A DNA stretch of 64,000 nucleotides from a bacterium (GTDB lineage: Bacteria; Patescibacteriota; Minisyncoccia; Minisyncoccales; UBA10102). Each line of letters begins with the position of its first letter. The stretch's first letter is position 1. The position numbers were made by a program, and so were the translations under genes. Location: positions 237,088 to 301,087 of the forward strand of contig JAUSJT010000004.1 of the NCBI GenBank assembly GCA_030647485.1. Direction: 5' to 3'. Below the pieces are notes generated by a model, which was not told the DNA's origin, did no database searches, and saw only the letters and a list, made by a program, of their open reading frames with translations. This document shows, piece after piece, positions 8,566-16,745 of this stretch.

Positions 8566-9138
8566 TTATTCTCCCTTGCCAACTCTTTTTGAGTATTCCC
8601 CGGTGTCGGTATTGATTTCAAGAATGTCTCCTGTTTCTATGAACAGGGGGGCTTGAACGGTTGCCCCTGTCTCAAGAGTCACAAGCTTGGTACCTCCCTT
8701 TGCGCTGTCTCCTTTTAATCCAGGAGGAGCTTCTGTCACTTTCAGTTGCACCTTTACGGGAAGAGAAATGTTAATGATATTGCCTTTGAATCTCAATCCG
8801 TCTATGACTTCGTTGGATTTGAGAAATTGGATTCCTTCTCCCACTTGCTCTCCTGGAAGCTCAAAACGCTTTGAAGGATCATCCACTTGGCAAAACACGT
8901 ATTTACCCCGGTTGCCATATACGAACTTCGCTTTAAACTTCTCTATGTCCGCTTCTTCAAGCGTATCTGAATGATGGAAACTCCGATACACGACTTTCCC
9001 ATTGATCAAGTTCCTAATCTTGGTCTGGGCAACCGTCACATCCTGGGCTTTTCTCATTTGTTTAAACTCCAACACCTCATAGGGCTGCCCCTCAAGAATA
9101 AACTGAACTCCATTCCGAAGCTCAAAATAACTTAACAT
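8566..9138 (-). CDS. efp: Translation elongation factor P
   Basis: 190 aa with the three-domain EF-P length. Motifs include ...YEVLEFKQMRKAQDVTVAQTKIRNLINGKV... and ...PLFIETGDILEINTDTGEY. Confidence 0.9.
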   Translation of the reverse strand: MLSYFELRNGVQFILEGQPYEVLEFKQMRKAQDVTVAQTKIRNLINGKVVYRSFHHSDTLEEADIEKFKAKFVYGNRGKYVFCQVDDPSKRFELPGEQVGEGIQFLKSNEVIDGLRFKGNIINISLPVKVQLKVTEAPPGLKGDSAKGGTKLVTLETGATVQAPLFIETGDILEINTDTGEYSKRVGKGE

Positions 9139-9149
9139 AGAATTTCTGC

Positions 9150-9191
9150 CTTAATTCCATTAATTTGGGGATAACTTAATGGAATTAAGTT
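9150..9191. repeat. 14-bp-stem hairpin made of two inverted copies of TTAATGGAATTAAG; the right arm is a copy of the 19-nt palindrome AACTTAATGGAATTAAGTT
   Basis: CTTAATTCCATTAA at 9150-9163 pairs with TTAATGGAATTAAG at 9176-9189. The 19-mer at 9173-9191 is identical to 20234-20252 and 59395-59413. It abuts the fmt stop codon. Confidence 0.8.
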
Positions 9192-10133
9192 TTACTTTAA
9201 ATTAGTTCCGATAAAGTTTTTATGACCCAAGAGAAACTCTTTTGAAGACATGGGTTTGCCGCCCTCCAGTTGAAGCTCTTCCAGCAAAAGAGCGTCTTTC
9301 CTAGTTTGCACGGCAATACCAGGCAGTGGAGGAGGAAATGCCTGACCTGGCTTACCAATAGGCCGGTCTTGGGACATAACACTTGCTTTCAATATTTTCA
9401 TAATCCTCTGTTTCCCGTCTATTTCACCTGTCGTGAAGGTTCCGGGCCAGGGATACAAGGCCCGAACCTGCCTCTCTATATACCCGGCTTCTTTGTTCCA
9501 GTCAATCTTGCCGTCCTCTTTTGTAATATGGGATGCGTACGTCGCCTTGGAATCATCTTGCGCTTGCGTTTGTATCTTCCCCTCTATCCAAAGAGGAATG
9601 GTTCGTATCAAAAGATCTCCTCCAAGTTCAGCTAACGCATTGTGCAATTCAGGATACACATACTTCTTCTGTATCCCAAACCGTTCAACGGCCACTATGG
9701 GGCCATGGTCCATATCCTCATCTAATACAATGATGCTTACTCCGGTTTCTTCGTCTCCATTCAGCAATACTGCCTGCACTGGAGAAGAACCCCTGTACTT
9801 TGGCAGTAGAGACGGATGCACGTTCAAAGATCCTTTCTGGGGAATGTTTAGCAATGCCTTAGGGAGAATCTTGCCGTATGCAGCAATCACAAAAAGATTG
9901 GGATTCTTCTCTTGCACAAAACGTATCGCAGCCTGATCAAGCTTTGCGGGTTGAAAAACCTCAAGGCCCTGCGTTTTGGCAAAAAGCTTGACTGGCGGGG
10001 GAGTGAGCGCCTGTTTTCTTCCGGCAGGCTTGTCAGGCGTGGTCACAACCAAAACAGGCATCAAATGCGCCTGCACGAGTTTTTCTAAAATAATAACTCC
10101 AAACTCTGAAGTTCCAAAGAAAACAATCTTCAT
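9192..10133 (-). CDS. fmt: Methionyl-tRNA formyltransferase
   Basis: MKIVFFGTSEFG..., VHPSLLPKYRGSSPVQ and a C-terminal domain; 313 aa. Confidence 0.9.
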   Translation of the reverse strand: MKIVFFGTSEFGVIILEKLVQAHLMPVLVVTTPDKPAGRKQALTPPPVKLFAKTQGLEVFQPAKLDQAAIRFVQEKNPNLFVIAAYGKILPKALLNIPQKGSLNVHPSLLPKYRGSSPVQAVLLNGDEETGVSIIVLDEDMDHGPIVAVERFGIQKKYVYPELHNALAELGGDLLIRTIPLWIEGKIQTQAQDDSKATYASHITKEDGKIDWNKEAGYIERQVRALYPWPGTFTTGEIDGKQRIMKILKASVMSQDRPIGKPGQAFPPPLPGIAVQTRKDALLLEELQLEGGKPMSSKEFLLGHKNFIGTNLK

Positions 10134-10224
10134 AATATAACTAATAATGGCCCTGGGCGTTCAGGTCCCGCGAAGCGGGACAACTTCACGCCCGTCTCGC
10201 AGCACTTAAATAAAGCAGTTTATT

Positions 10225-10896
10225 TCATTTCCGCTGCTCGACCCACTCAATCTTATCTTCTTTGTCAGCAAACTCCAGCCATTCTCCATCTTTTATTACA
10301 AACCATTTCTTTTTCTGTTCACTCCATGTCATAGGATCACCACGGTAGAATGCCTTTTTCACTACGGGCTTGGGCTTTAAAGTATCAAGTTCAAGCCATT
10401 TTTTCAACATAGTTTCAAGTGAATAATCAAGACCCCTCGACTGCGCCCATTCTGCAACTTTCGTAATAACTTCTTTCGCTTTCTGAACCGACCCTGCAAG
10501 ATCAAATAACTCCCTTGCTGATTTAGCAAAACGGCCATACACTATATTTCTTTTCCTCGCGTTTTTCTTGAGTTCTTCTAATGATATGCCCTTGGTTTCA
10601 AAAAAATGCGTAACTATTTGGCGTATCACTGTTTTCTCTCTTAATTCTTTGTGATATTTGATTTTTCTTGTTTTGATGTACTCTTCTATTTTTTCAGCAA
10701 TACTCTGGCCAACCCCTTTAATTTTTTTAACACCCTTTAACCCGTCTTTTTTGTATATTTTAGAAACACCAACGCCAAGCATTTCTAAACTTTGGGCAGC
10801 TCGTCTATATGCTGCAGGCTTAAAGACGACCCCTTGAATATCCAGGAACTCAGCAATTTCTCGTAGCAGAGAAACAAGTCTCTTGTTTTTCTCCAT
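10225..10896 (-). CDS. Helix-hairpin-helix DNA-binding protein (Pol X N-terminal-like) with unknown C-terminal domain
   Basis: LLREIAEFLDIQGVVFKPAAYRRAAQSLE and GVGQSIAEKIEEY resemble the Pol X 8-kDa/HhH modules. No polymerase domain follows. Confidence 0.5.
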   Translation of the reverse strand: MEKNKRLVSLLREIAEFLDIQGVVFKPAAYRRAAQSLEMLGVGVSKIYKKDGLKGVKKIKGVGQSIAEKIEEYIKTRKIKYHKELREKTVIRQIVTHFFETKGISLEELKKNARKRNIVYGRFAKSARELFDLAGSVQKAKEVITKVAEWAQSRGLDYSLETMLKKWLELDTLKPKPVVKKAFYRGDPMTWSEQKKKWFVIKDGEWLEFADKEDKIEWVEQRK

Positions 10897-10967
10897 GATG
10901 CATTGATTCTAGCTTAAAAAATGGTACAATTCAATACATTCGGCTCTACTCAGTATTGATACTGAGC

Positions 10968-11549
10968 ATGTCGAAGTATCAACTCATGCTGCATAGAATA
11001 TTCCTTGCCATTAATATTCCTGAATCCTTGAAAGAGGAGATGCTCCAGGTGAAAGATAAACTTCCCGAGGTTCCCTGCACATGGACCTCAAAAGAAAACC
11101 TTCATTTCACCCTTGTGTTTCTGGGCAATACGTCAGATAAAGAGTTAGAAGAGGTACTTTTGCTGGCTAAAGGAGTTGGGGAGCAGCACAAGAAGTTTTC
11201 CATTACCCTTTCACATATTCAATACGGGTCTAGCAGAAACGTTCCTCGCATGATTTGGGCAATAGGGCATACGCCAGGGGGACTTCTATCATTACAGAAA
11301 GATCTTGAGAAAGCATTTAGCGCCTCAACCATATTACACTTTATCCCAGAAAAGCGCCCCTATTCTTTACACCTAACCCTGGCACGTCTGAATGGGTTTG
11401 AACTCCAGACAATGGAACAAGACGAGCTTCCTATTATAGACGAAGAGATAATATGGGAGGTTCCCGCGAACTCCTTTGAAGTCATGGAAAGCAAACTCAA
11501 AAAGGGAGGAGCGGAGTATACGGTTGTCCAAAGTTTTTCCCTTTCATGA
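10968..11549 (+). CDS. thpR: RNA 2',3'-cyclic phosphodiesterase (2H family, ThpR/LigT)
   Basis: Two HxT/S motifs: HFTLVFLG and HLTLARL. The start is ambiguous among 10956 (TTG), 10968 and 10986. Confidence 0.75.
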   Translation: MSKYQLMLHRIFLAINIPESLKEEMLQVKDKLPEVPCTWTSKENLHFTLVFLGNTSDKELEEVLLLAKGVGEQHKKFSITLSHIQYGSSRNVPRMIWAIGHTPGGLLSLQKDLEKAFSASTILHFIPEKRPYSLHLTLARLNGFELQTMEQDELPIIDEEIIWEVPANSFEVMESKLKKGGAEYTVVQSFSLS

Positions 11550-12976
11550 AACAGAAACAACGAATCCATTTCATAGGCATAGGCGGCATAGGGGTCTCTG
11601 CGCTGGCAAAGTACTACCTCGTAAAGGGATACCAAGTATCTGGCTGTGATTTGGTTGCTTCTGAAATCACCCAACAACTTTCAGAACAAGGAGTAATCAT
11701 TCGTATTGGAACTCCAGAACAAACTCGGTGCTTTAGTAATGTGAAAAAAACTCACGATCGTGAGAATTTTACACATTGGGTCATCTACAGTCCTGCTGTG
11801 TCTAAAGATCATCCAGAACGTATTGCTGCAAGAAAAGAAAAAATTCCGGAGTTTTCCTATCCCCAGGCCCTTGGAGAACTCACGAAAACCCATTTTACTA
11901 TTGCTGTTTCAGGAACTCACGGCAAAAGCACCACAACAGCAATGATCGGCCTTTTGCTCACCAGAGCAGGAATCGACCCAACAGTTATCGTGGGCACCAA
12001 GCTCAAAGAGTTTGGTCCTTCGACAAACTCAGGATCAAATTGCAGGGTAGGAAAAGGAAAATACCTGGTCATTGAAGCAGACGAGCACTTCGCTTCATTC
12101 CTCAACTATTGGCCAAAGATCATTGTCCTCACTACCATTGAGGCAGATCACTTGGATTATTGGAAAACTCTCAAAAACCTTCTGAAGGGTTTCCAGAAAT
12201 ATATAAGCCATATCCCTCAAGACGGAACTCTTGTCGCGAACAAGGATGACAAGAATATTCGTAAGATTATATCTTCAAAACATAACAACATTTCTGCGGC
12301 CGCAAAAAAGGTGTTATGGTATTCCTTAAAACAAAAAGAGGCAAGCACTTTGCGGAGAATTCTCAAGGTCCCGGGCCAGCACAACGTTTCAAATGCGTTA
12401 GCGGCGCTTGCCGTTGCAAGAATACTCGGGATAAAAGATGTAACGAGTTTCAAAGCCTTGGGAGAATTCCAAGGCACATGGAGAAGGTTTGAAATATTCA
12501 AACTTTCAACCCCAAAACCGTACACACTCGTGTCCGATTACGGCCATCATCCAACGGAGGTCAAAGTAACCGTGCAGGCGGCGCGGGAGAAGTGGCCAAA
12601 GAAAAAGATATGGCTGGTATTCCAACCCCATCAATATCAGCGCACCTACTACCTCTGGAAAAACTTTGTACAAGTTCTCTCACGCCTGCCAGTTGATAAG
12701 CTCGTTCTCACAGATATTTATGACGTGGCTGGCCGAGAAGAAACATCAATCAAGAAAAAAGTGTCTTCAGAAAAACTCGCAGAAGAAACTAAAAACTATA
12801 AACTAAAAACTAAAAACTTTGACATTCTTTATATCCCCACCCTTTCAAAAACAGAATCATACCTTAAACAAAATCTTCAGGGCGGAGAAATCGTAATGGT
12901 TATGGGAGCAGGGGATATATACAACCTCACCCTCGCCTTGACAAGAAAACATCCAAAAGGGAGAATAAAAACATGA
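11546..12976 (+). CDS. murC: UDP-N-acetylmuramate--L-alanine ligase
   Basis: IHFIGIGGIGVSALA, VSGTHGKSTTTAM and a MurC-type C-terminus; 476 aa. Confidence 0.9.
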   Translation: MKQKQRIHFIGIGGIGVSALAKYYLVKGYQVSGCDLVASEITQQLSEQGVIIRIGTPEQTRCFSNVKKTHDRENFTHWVIYSPAVSKDHPERIAARKEKIPEFSYPQALGELTKTHFTIAVSGTHGKSTTTAMIGLLLTRAGIDPTVIVGTKLKEFGPSTNSGSNCRVGKGKYLVIEADEHFASFLNYWPKIIVLTTIEADHLDYWKTLKNLLKGFQKYISHIPQDGTLVANKDDKNIRKIISSKHNNISAAAKKVLWYSLKQKEASTLRRILKVPGQHNVSNALAALAVARILGIKDVTSFKALGEFQGTWRRFEIFKLSTPKPYTLVSDYGHHPTEVKVTVQAAREKWPKKKIWLVFQPHQYQRTYYLWKNFVQVLSRLPVDKLVLTDIYDVAGREETSIKKKVSSEKLAEETKNYKLKTKNFDILYIPTLSKTESYLKQNLQGGEIVMVMGAGDIYNLTLALTRKHPKGRIKT

Positions 12977-13275
12977 CACTACTTATCATTATCCTTATCG
13001 TCGTCGCAGTAGGTGTAGCGGTATGGTATATTTCAAAGCCAAAAGGACCAAGGCCTCTTCCTATGGTGCAACAAAAGACACCTATAGCTCCAAAACCATT
13101 TGAGACACCCAAGCCCCCAATGGTGAGACCTACTCCTCCTCCGATTCCTCCTCGTCCTACTCCTCCGCCTCTAATCCCGCCAATGCCTGCCTCGTCGGCA
13201 GGCGGGCCTCCAACTCCCCCTTCCTCAACTCCACCAGCTCCTCCTATAGGCGGGGGCGGAACCTATAAGATCTAG
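12973..13275 (+). CDS. Small proline-rich membrane-anchored protein
   Basis: ATGA overlap with the murC stop. One N-terminal TM helix, then a PxP-rich tail. Confidence 0.5.
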   Translation: MTLLIIILIVVAVGVAVWYISKPKGPRPLPMVQQKTPIAPKPFETPKPPMVRPTPPPIPPRPTPPPLIPPMPASSAGGPPTPPSSTPPAPPIGGGGTYKI

Positions 13276-13898
13276 ACAAGATGTTTTAAAGAATTTACCA
13301 CAAGAGGGTTATCTATAAGATAGCCCTCTTGTTTTTTAGCCGAGATAAAGATTGCTTTCTCACCGAGAAACAAGGTTCCTTGGAGACTAGGAACTATTTT
13401 CTCTTGAATTGAAAGTCTACCAAGCCGCTTTTGCAATATTACATACCACCTCTGTGTCTGCGCTTTCTCTGAAGTAAATACTATAATATCTTTTTTTGTA
13501 GTGTAGAGAATCTGTTCTTGCAATACCTGCAACCCCTCTTTTCCCTTGAATATCTGTATGCCCCCGTCTTTCAAGGCATACCGTGATTCTAAAGCAGCAA
13601 TGATGCGTATGAATTCGCGTTCTTTTTCCTCAAGCTCACGCTTCTGCAAACGCAGAATATTCAAGATCTTCTCTGGAGAATTTGCAACAAACAACCGCTT
13701 CTTTCCCTGCTGGACTTCTCTAAATAACCCTTTTTCTTGCAGAGCTCTTACAATGCCGTATGCAGTGGGCCTTGTAATCTCGGATTTCCGAGCAATATTC
13801 TGCAAGGATTCTGGCCCCAGCTCCAATCCAGCCAGATACACTCTGGCTTCCTTTTCTTTCAATCCGAGTTTCCTTAATTCAAGGGGAAGAATATCCAT
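13272..13898 (-). CDS. TrmB-family transcriptional regulator
   Basis: LGLKEKEARVYLAGLELGPESLQNIARKSEITRPTAYGIVRALQEKGL is a TrmB-type wHTH. Confidence 0.75.
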   Translation of the reverse strand: MDILPLELRKLGLKEKEARVYLAGLELGPESLQNIARKSEITRPTAYGIVRALQEKGLFREVQQGKKRLFVANSPEKILNILRLQKRELEEKEREFIRIIAALESRYALKDGGIQIFKGKEGLQVLQEQILYTTKKDIIVFTSEKAQTQRWYVILQKRLGRLSIQEKIVPSLQGTLFLGEKAIFISAKKQEGYLIDNPLVVNSLKHLV

Positions 13899-14089
13899 AG
13901 CTCTTTCATATCATAAAACCTTAGTTTTGTTAAGAAAATAGAGGTAGGCATATTTGGGTTATTTGTAGCGATCGCTTAGAATAAAACATATTAAAATTCG
14001 CCATCAATATTTCACCATGGTGAGTTATTAATTTTGTCAGCACTTTTCTACATATTTTTCTGCCTTAAAATAGGAGGGTGTGGATAATT

Positions 14090-14109
14090 CTGTCAATATT
14101 TATTGACAG
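14090..14109. promoter_or_regulatory. Operator-like palindrome CTGTCAAT-ATTT-ATTGACAG overlapping a TTGACA -35
   Basis: Perfect 8-bp arms in the divergent TrmB/methyltransferase intergenic region. TTGACA lies at 14103-14108. Confidence 0.4.
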
Positions 14110-14181
14110 AACATTCAATCAACGACATACTATATGTACACAGTTTAGAACGCACATTTACATCTCAAAAGGAGGGGACGC

Positions 14182-15093
14182 ATGGCAACGATACAGCAGA
14201 AGACAGATCTGCCCGGCGACACCCTTCCTTACGAGTACAAAAGGAAGGGCATCAAGGGAGGTGTACACTGGGTGGTTATCCAAATCCTCAACCTTCTTCC
14301 AAAGAAGGCAGCGCAGTTCCTCTTTACCCTAGCGAGTGAAAAGGGAGAGGAAACCCGCACAGTTTCAGACACCGTCGCAACATTCCAAGCGCTCGAGATC
14401 ATGTATACATTTCCTCAGAAGCGCAAAGAGGGGACTGCGACATCCTCTGGATTCATCTGGTGGACCGTCTTGGACAACGCCAGGTCCGTGTGGAACAGAC
14501 TTTTGCTCGTCAAGCAGGAACTCAGGGAAGCAGTCCTTACGGTCGCTGCCCAAAAGGGGAGCGTACACTTCTTGAGCATCGGGAGCGGAAGCGCGCGCCC
14601 GGCGTTAGGAGCCATAGCTTCTCTCGAGCAAGAGGTTCCTATTGAAAGCATGCTGCTTGATCAGAATCCTCAGGCAACTGAGTTTAGCAGGAAGCTCGCT
14701 CAGCAATTCAACCTAAACCACACGCAGTGGGTAACCGGGGACTTCTTCCGACTCGAGCAGCACTGCAGGTCTTTCCATCCAAATGTCATAGAGCTCGTGG
14801 GACTTCTTGACTATCTGAACAACACACTAGCCATCTTTTTCCTCAAAAAGGTGTTTCGTGTGCTGGAGCCCGGCGGGTTTCTCATCACGGGCAACATCGC
14901 TCCCAACCTAGAGCGTCCGTACGTTGAAAAAGGAGTCAAGTGGCCGTCCATGGTCTACAGAACGGAAGAGGATCTCAAAGGTCTGCTTCTCGAAGCAGGA
15001 TTTGCGGAGAATCACATCCGCATCCAGAGAGAACCTCTCGGCATTCACATGGTGGCTACCGTTCGCAAGCCTCAGGAGAGTATGGTATCATAA
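14182..15093 (+). CDS. Class I SAM-dependent methyltransferase
   Basis: 303 aa. Motif I is FLSIGSGSARP. GGAGG lies 6 nt before the ATG. Substrate unknown. Confidence 0.65.
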   Translation: MATIQQKTDLPGDTLPYEYKRKGIKGGVHWVVIQILNLLPKKAAQFLFTLASEKGEETRTVSDTVATFQALEIMYTFPQKRKEGTATSSGFIWWTVLDNARSVWNRLLLVKQELREAVLTVAAQKGSVHFLSIGSGSARPALGAIASLEQEVPIESMLLDQNPQATEFSRKLAQQFNLNHTQWVTGDFFRLEQHCRSFHPNVIELVGLLDYLNNTLAIFFLKKVFRVLEPGGFLITGNIAPNLERPYVEKGVKWPSMVYRTEEDLKGLLLEAGFAENHIRIQREPLGIHMVATVRKPQESMVS

Positions 15094-15126
15094 CCTAATC
15101 TTTCCTGAGGTTTTTCTTTACTCGCC

Positions 15127-16728
15127 ATGAACATCTTCGCTTTTCTCGCTGCCATCAATACAGTTGTAAGCCTTCTTATCGGAATCTTTGTGTATACGCA
15201 GAATAGAAAAAGCCTGATGAATAAAACATTCGGTCTCTTTTCTCTTTCTGTAGTAGTGTGGAGCGCAGGATATTTCCTTTGGCAGAATGCAAAAACACCA
15301 GAGGATGCTCTTTTCTGGTCTCGCGTACTCATGATAGGCGCGATCCTTATCCCTATTCTCAATTTCCATTTTGTTCTTGCCTTTTTGAATAAAGTAAAGG
15401 AGCAACGCATTGTCCTATACCTAGGATATGCGCTGTTTTCTTTCTTTCTTCTCTTAAGCTTTTCCTCCTCGTTTGTTTCGGGAGTAGAACAAAAACTGGA
15501 ATTTCTCTTCTGGCCAAACCCGGGTATTCTCTTTCATCCATTTCTTCTCCTTTGGTTTGTGTATGTCATCTACAGTGTAGTACTTCTGTTAAAAGCAAGA
15601 GGCACTGCTACGCAATCCCTGAGAAGCCAGATTGAATATATTCTCTTTGCCACTGCCATTGGATACGGTGGAGGAATAACTAATTTCTTTCTGTGGTACA
15701 ACATTCCCATCCCTCCCATAGGGATATGGGCTCCTGCTCTGTATGTGGGTATTGTTGCGTATGCCATGGTCACGAAACAACTCTTTGGCATCCGCATCCT
15801 CCTCACACAACTTCTTGTAGGAGTCATATCACTCCTTCTCCTCGTCAACTTTCTCTCATCTGAAACTCCATTTGAATACCTCTGGAAGGGATCCCTTCTT
15901 GTCGCTTTCCTTATCACAGGATATCTTCTGGTCCGCAGCGTCATGAGCGAAATTAAACAACGAGAAGAGCTCCAGCAGGCGTATGCGAAGCTTAAGGAGC
16001 TTGACGAAGCAAAATCAGAGTTCGTTTCCATTGCCTCCCACCAACTCCGCACTCCGCTGACCGCCATTAAGGGATATATGTCCATGATCATGGAAGGAAG
16101 TTATGGAAACTTGAATGAAGCACAGCAAAAACCCATGAAAAGCGTGTACGAATCCAACGAGCGGCTTATACGGCTCGTGAACGATCTTCTCAATATCTCC
16201 CGCATTGAATCTGGGAAAATAGATATGAAATGGGCAAAGAAAAATATCGCAGACATTATCAAAAACGTTGTTGAAGAGATGGACATAAAGGCGAAGGAGA
16301 AAAAACTAAAGCTCGTGTTTGAAAAACCAGAAGAGTCTCTCCCCGAGCTTTCCTTGGACGAAGAGAAAATACGGAACGTACTTCTCAACATCCTAGACAA
16401 CGCCATTAAGTATACAAAGAAAGGAAAGATAATTATACGAGCATACACAAAACAGGAAGAAGATGTTAGACGTTCAACGTCTAACACCCCATCTAACATA
16501 ATGATAGAAGTAAAAGATACGGGAGATGGAATGACGCAGGAAGAATTAAGCCATCTATTTGAAAGCTTTTCAAGAGGAGGAGCTGGCACAAGAATGTCAA
16601 CAGAAGGAGCTGGTCTCGGCCTATACATCGCCAAGCAATTCATGAAGCTCCATAAAGGAAAGATCTGGGCAGAATCTGAAGGAAGGGGAGAGGGGAGTAC
16701 CTTCTTCATTGAACTTCCGGTACAATAA
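15127..16728 (+). CDS. Sensor histidine kinase with polytopic N-terminal membrane domain
   Basis: About 7 TM segments, then the H-box SHQLRTPLTAIKGY, N-box LLNILDNAIKYT and G-boxes DTGDGM / GAGLGL. Confidence 0.85.
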   Translation: MNIFAFLAAINTVVSLLIGIFVYTQNRKSLMNKTFGLFSLSVVVWSAGYFLWQNAKTPEDALFWSRVLMIGAILIPILNFHFVLAFLNKVKEQRIVLYLGYALFSFFLLLSFSSSFVSGVEQKLEFLFWPNPGILFHPFLLLWFVYVIYSVVLLLKARGTATQSLRSQIEYILFATAIGYGGGITNFFLWYNIPIPPIGIWAPALYVGIVAYAMVTKQLFGIRILLTQLLVGVISLLLLVNFLSSETPFEYLWKGSLLVAFLITGYLLVRSVMSEIKQREELQQAYAKLKELDEAKSEFVSIASHQLRTPLTAIKGYMSMIMEGSYGNLNEAQQKPMKSVYESNERLIRLVNDLLNISRIESGKIDMKWAKKNIADIIKNVVEEMDIKAKEKKLKLVFEKPEESLPELSLDEEKIRNVLLNILDNAIKYTKKGKIIIRAYTKQEEDVRRSTSNTPSNIMIEVKDTGDGMTQEELSHLFESFSRGGAGTRMSTEGAGLGLYIAKQFMKLHKGKIWAESEGRGEGSTFFIELPVQ

Positions 16729-16745
16729 GTTATACTGGGAAAATC

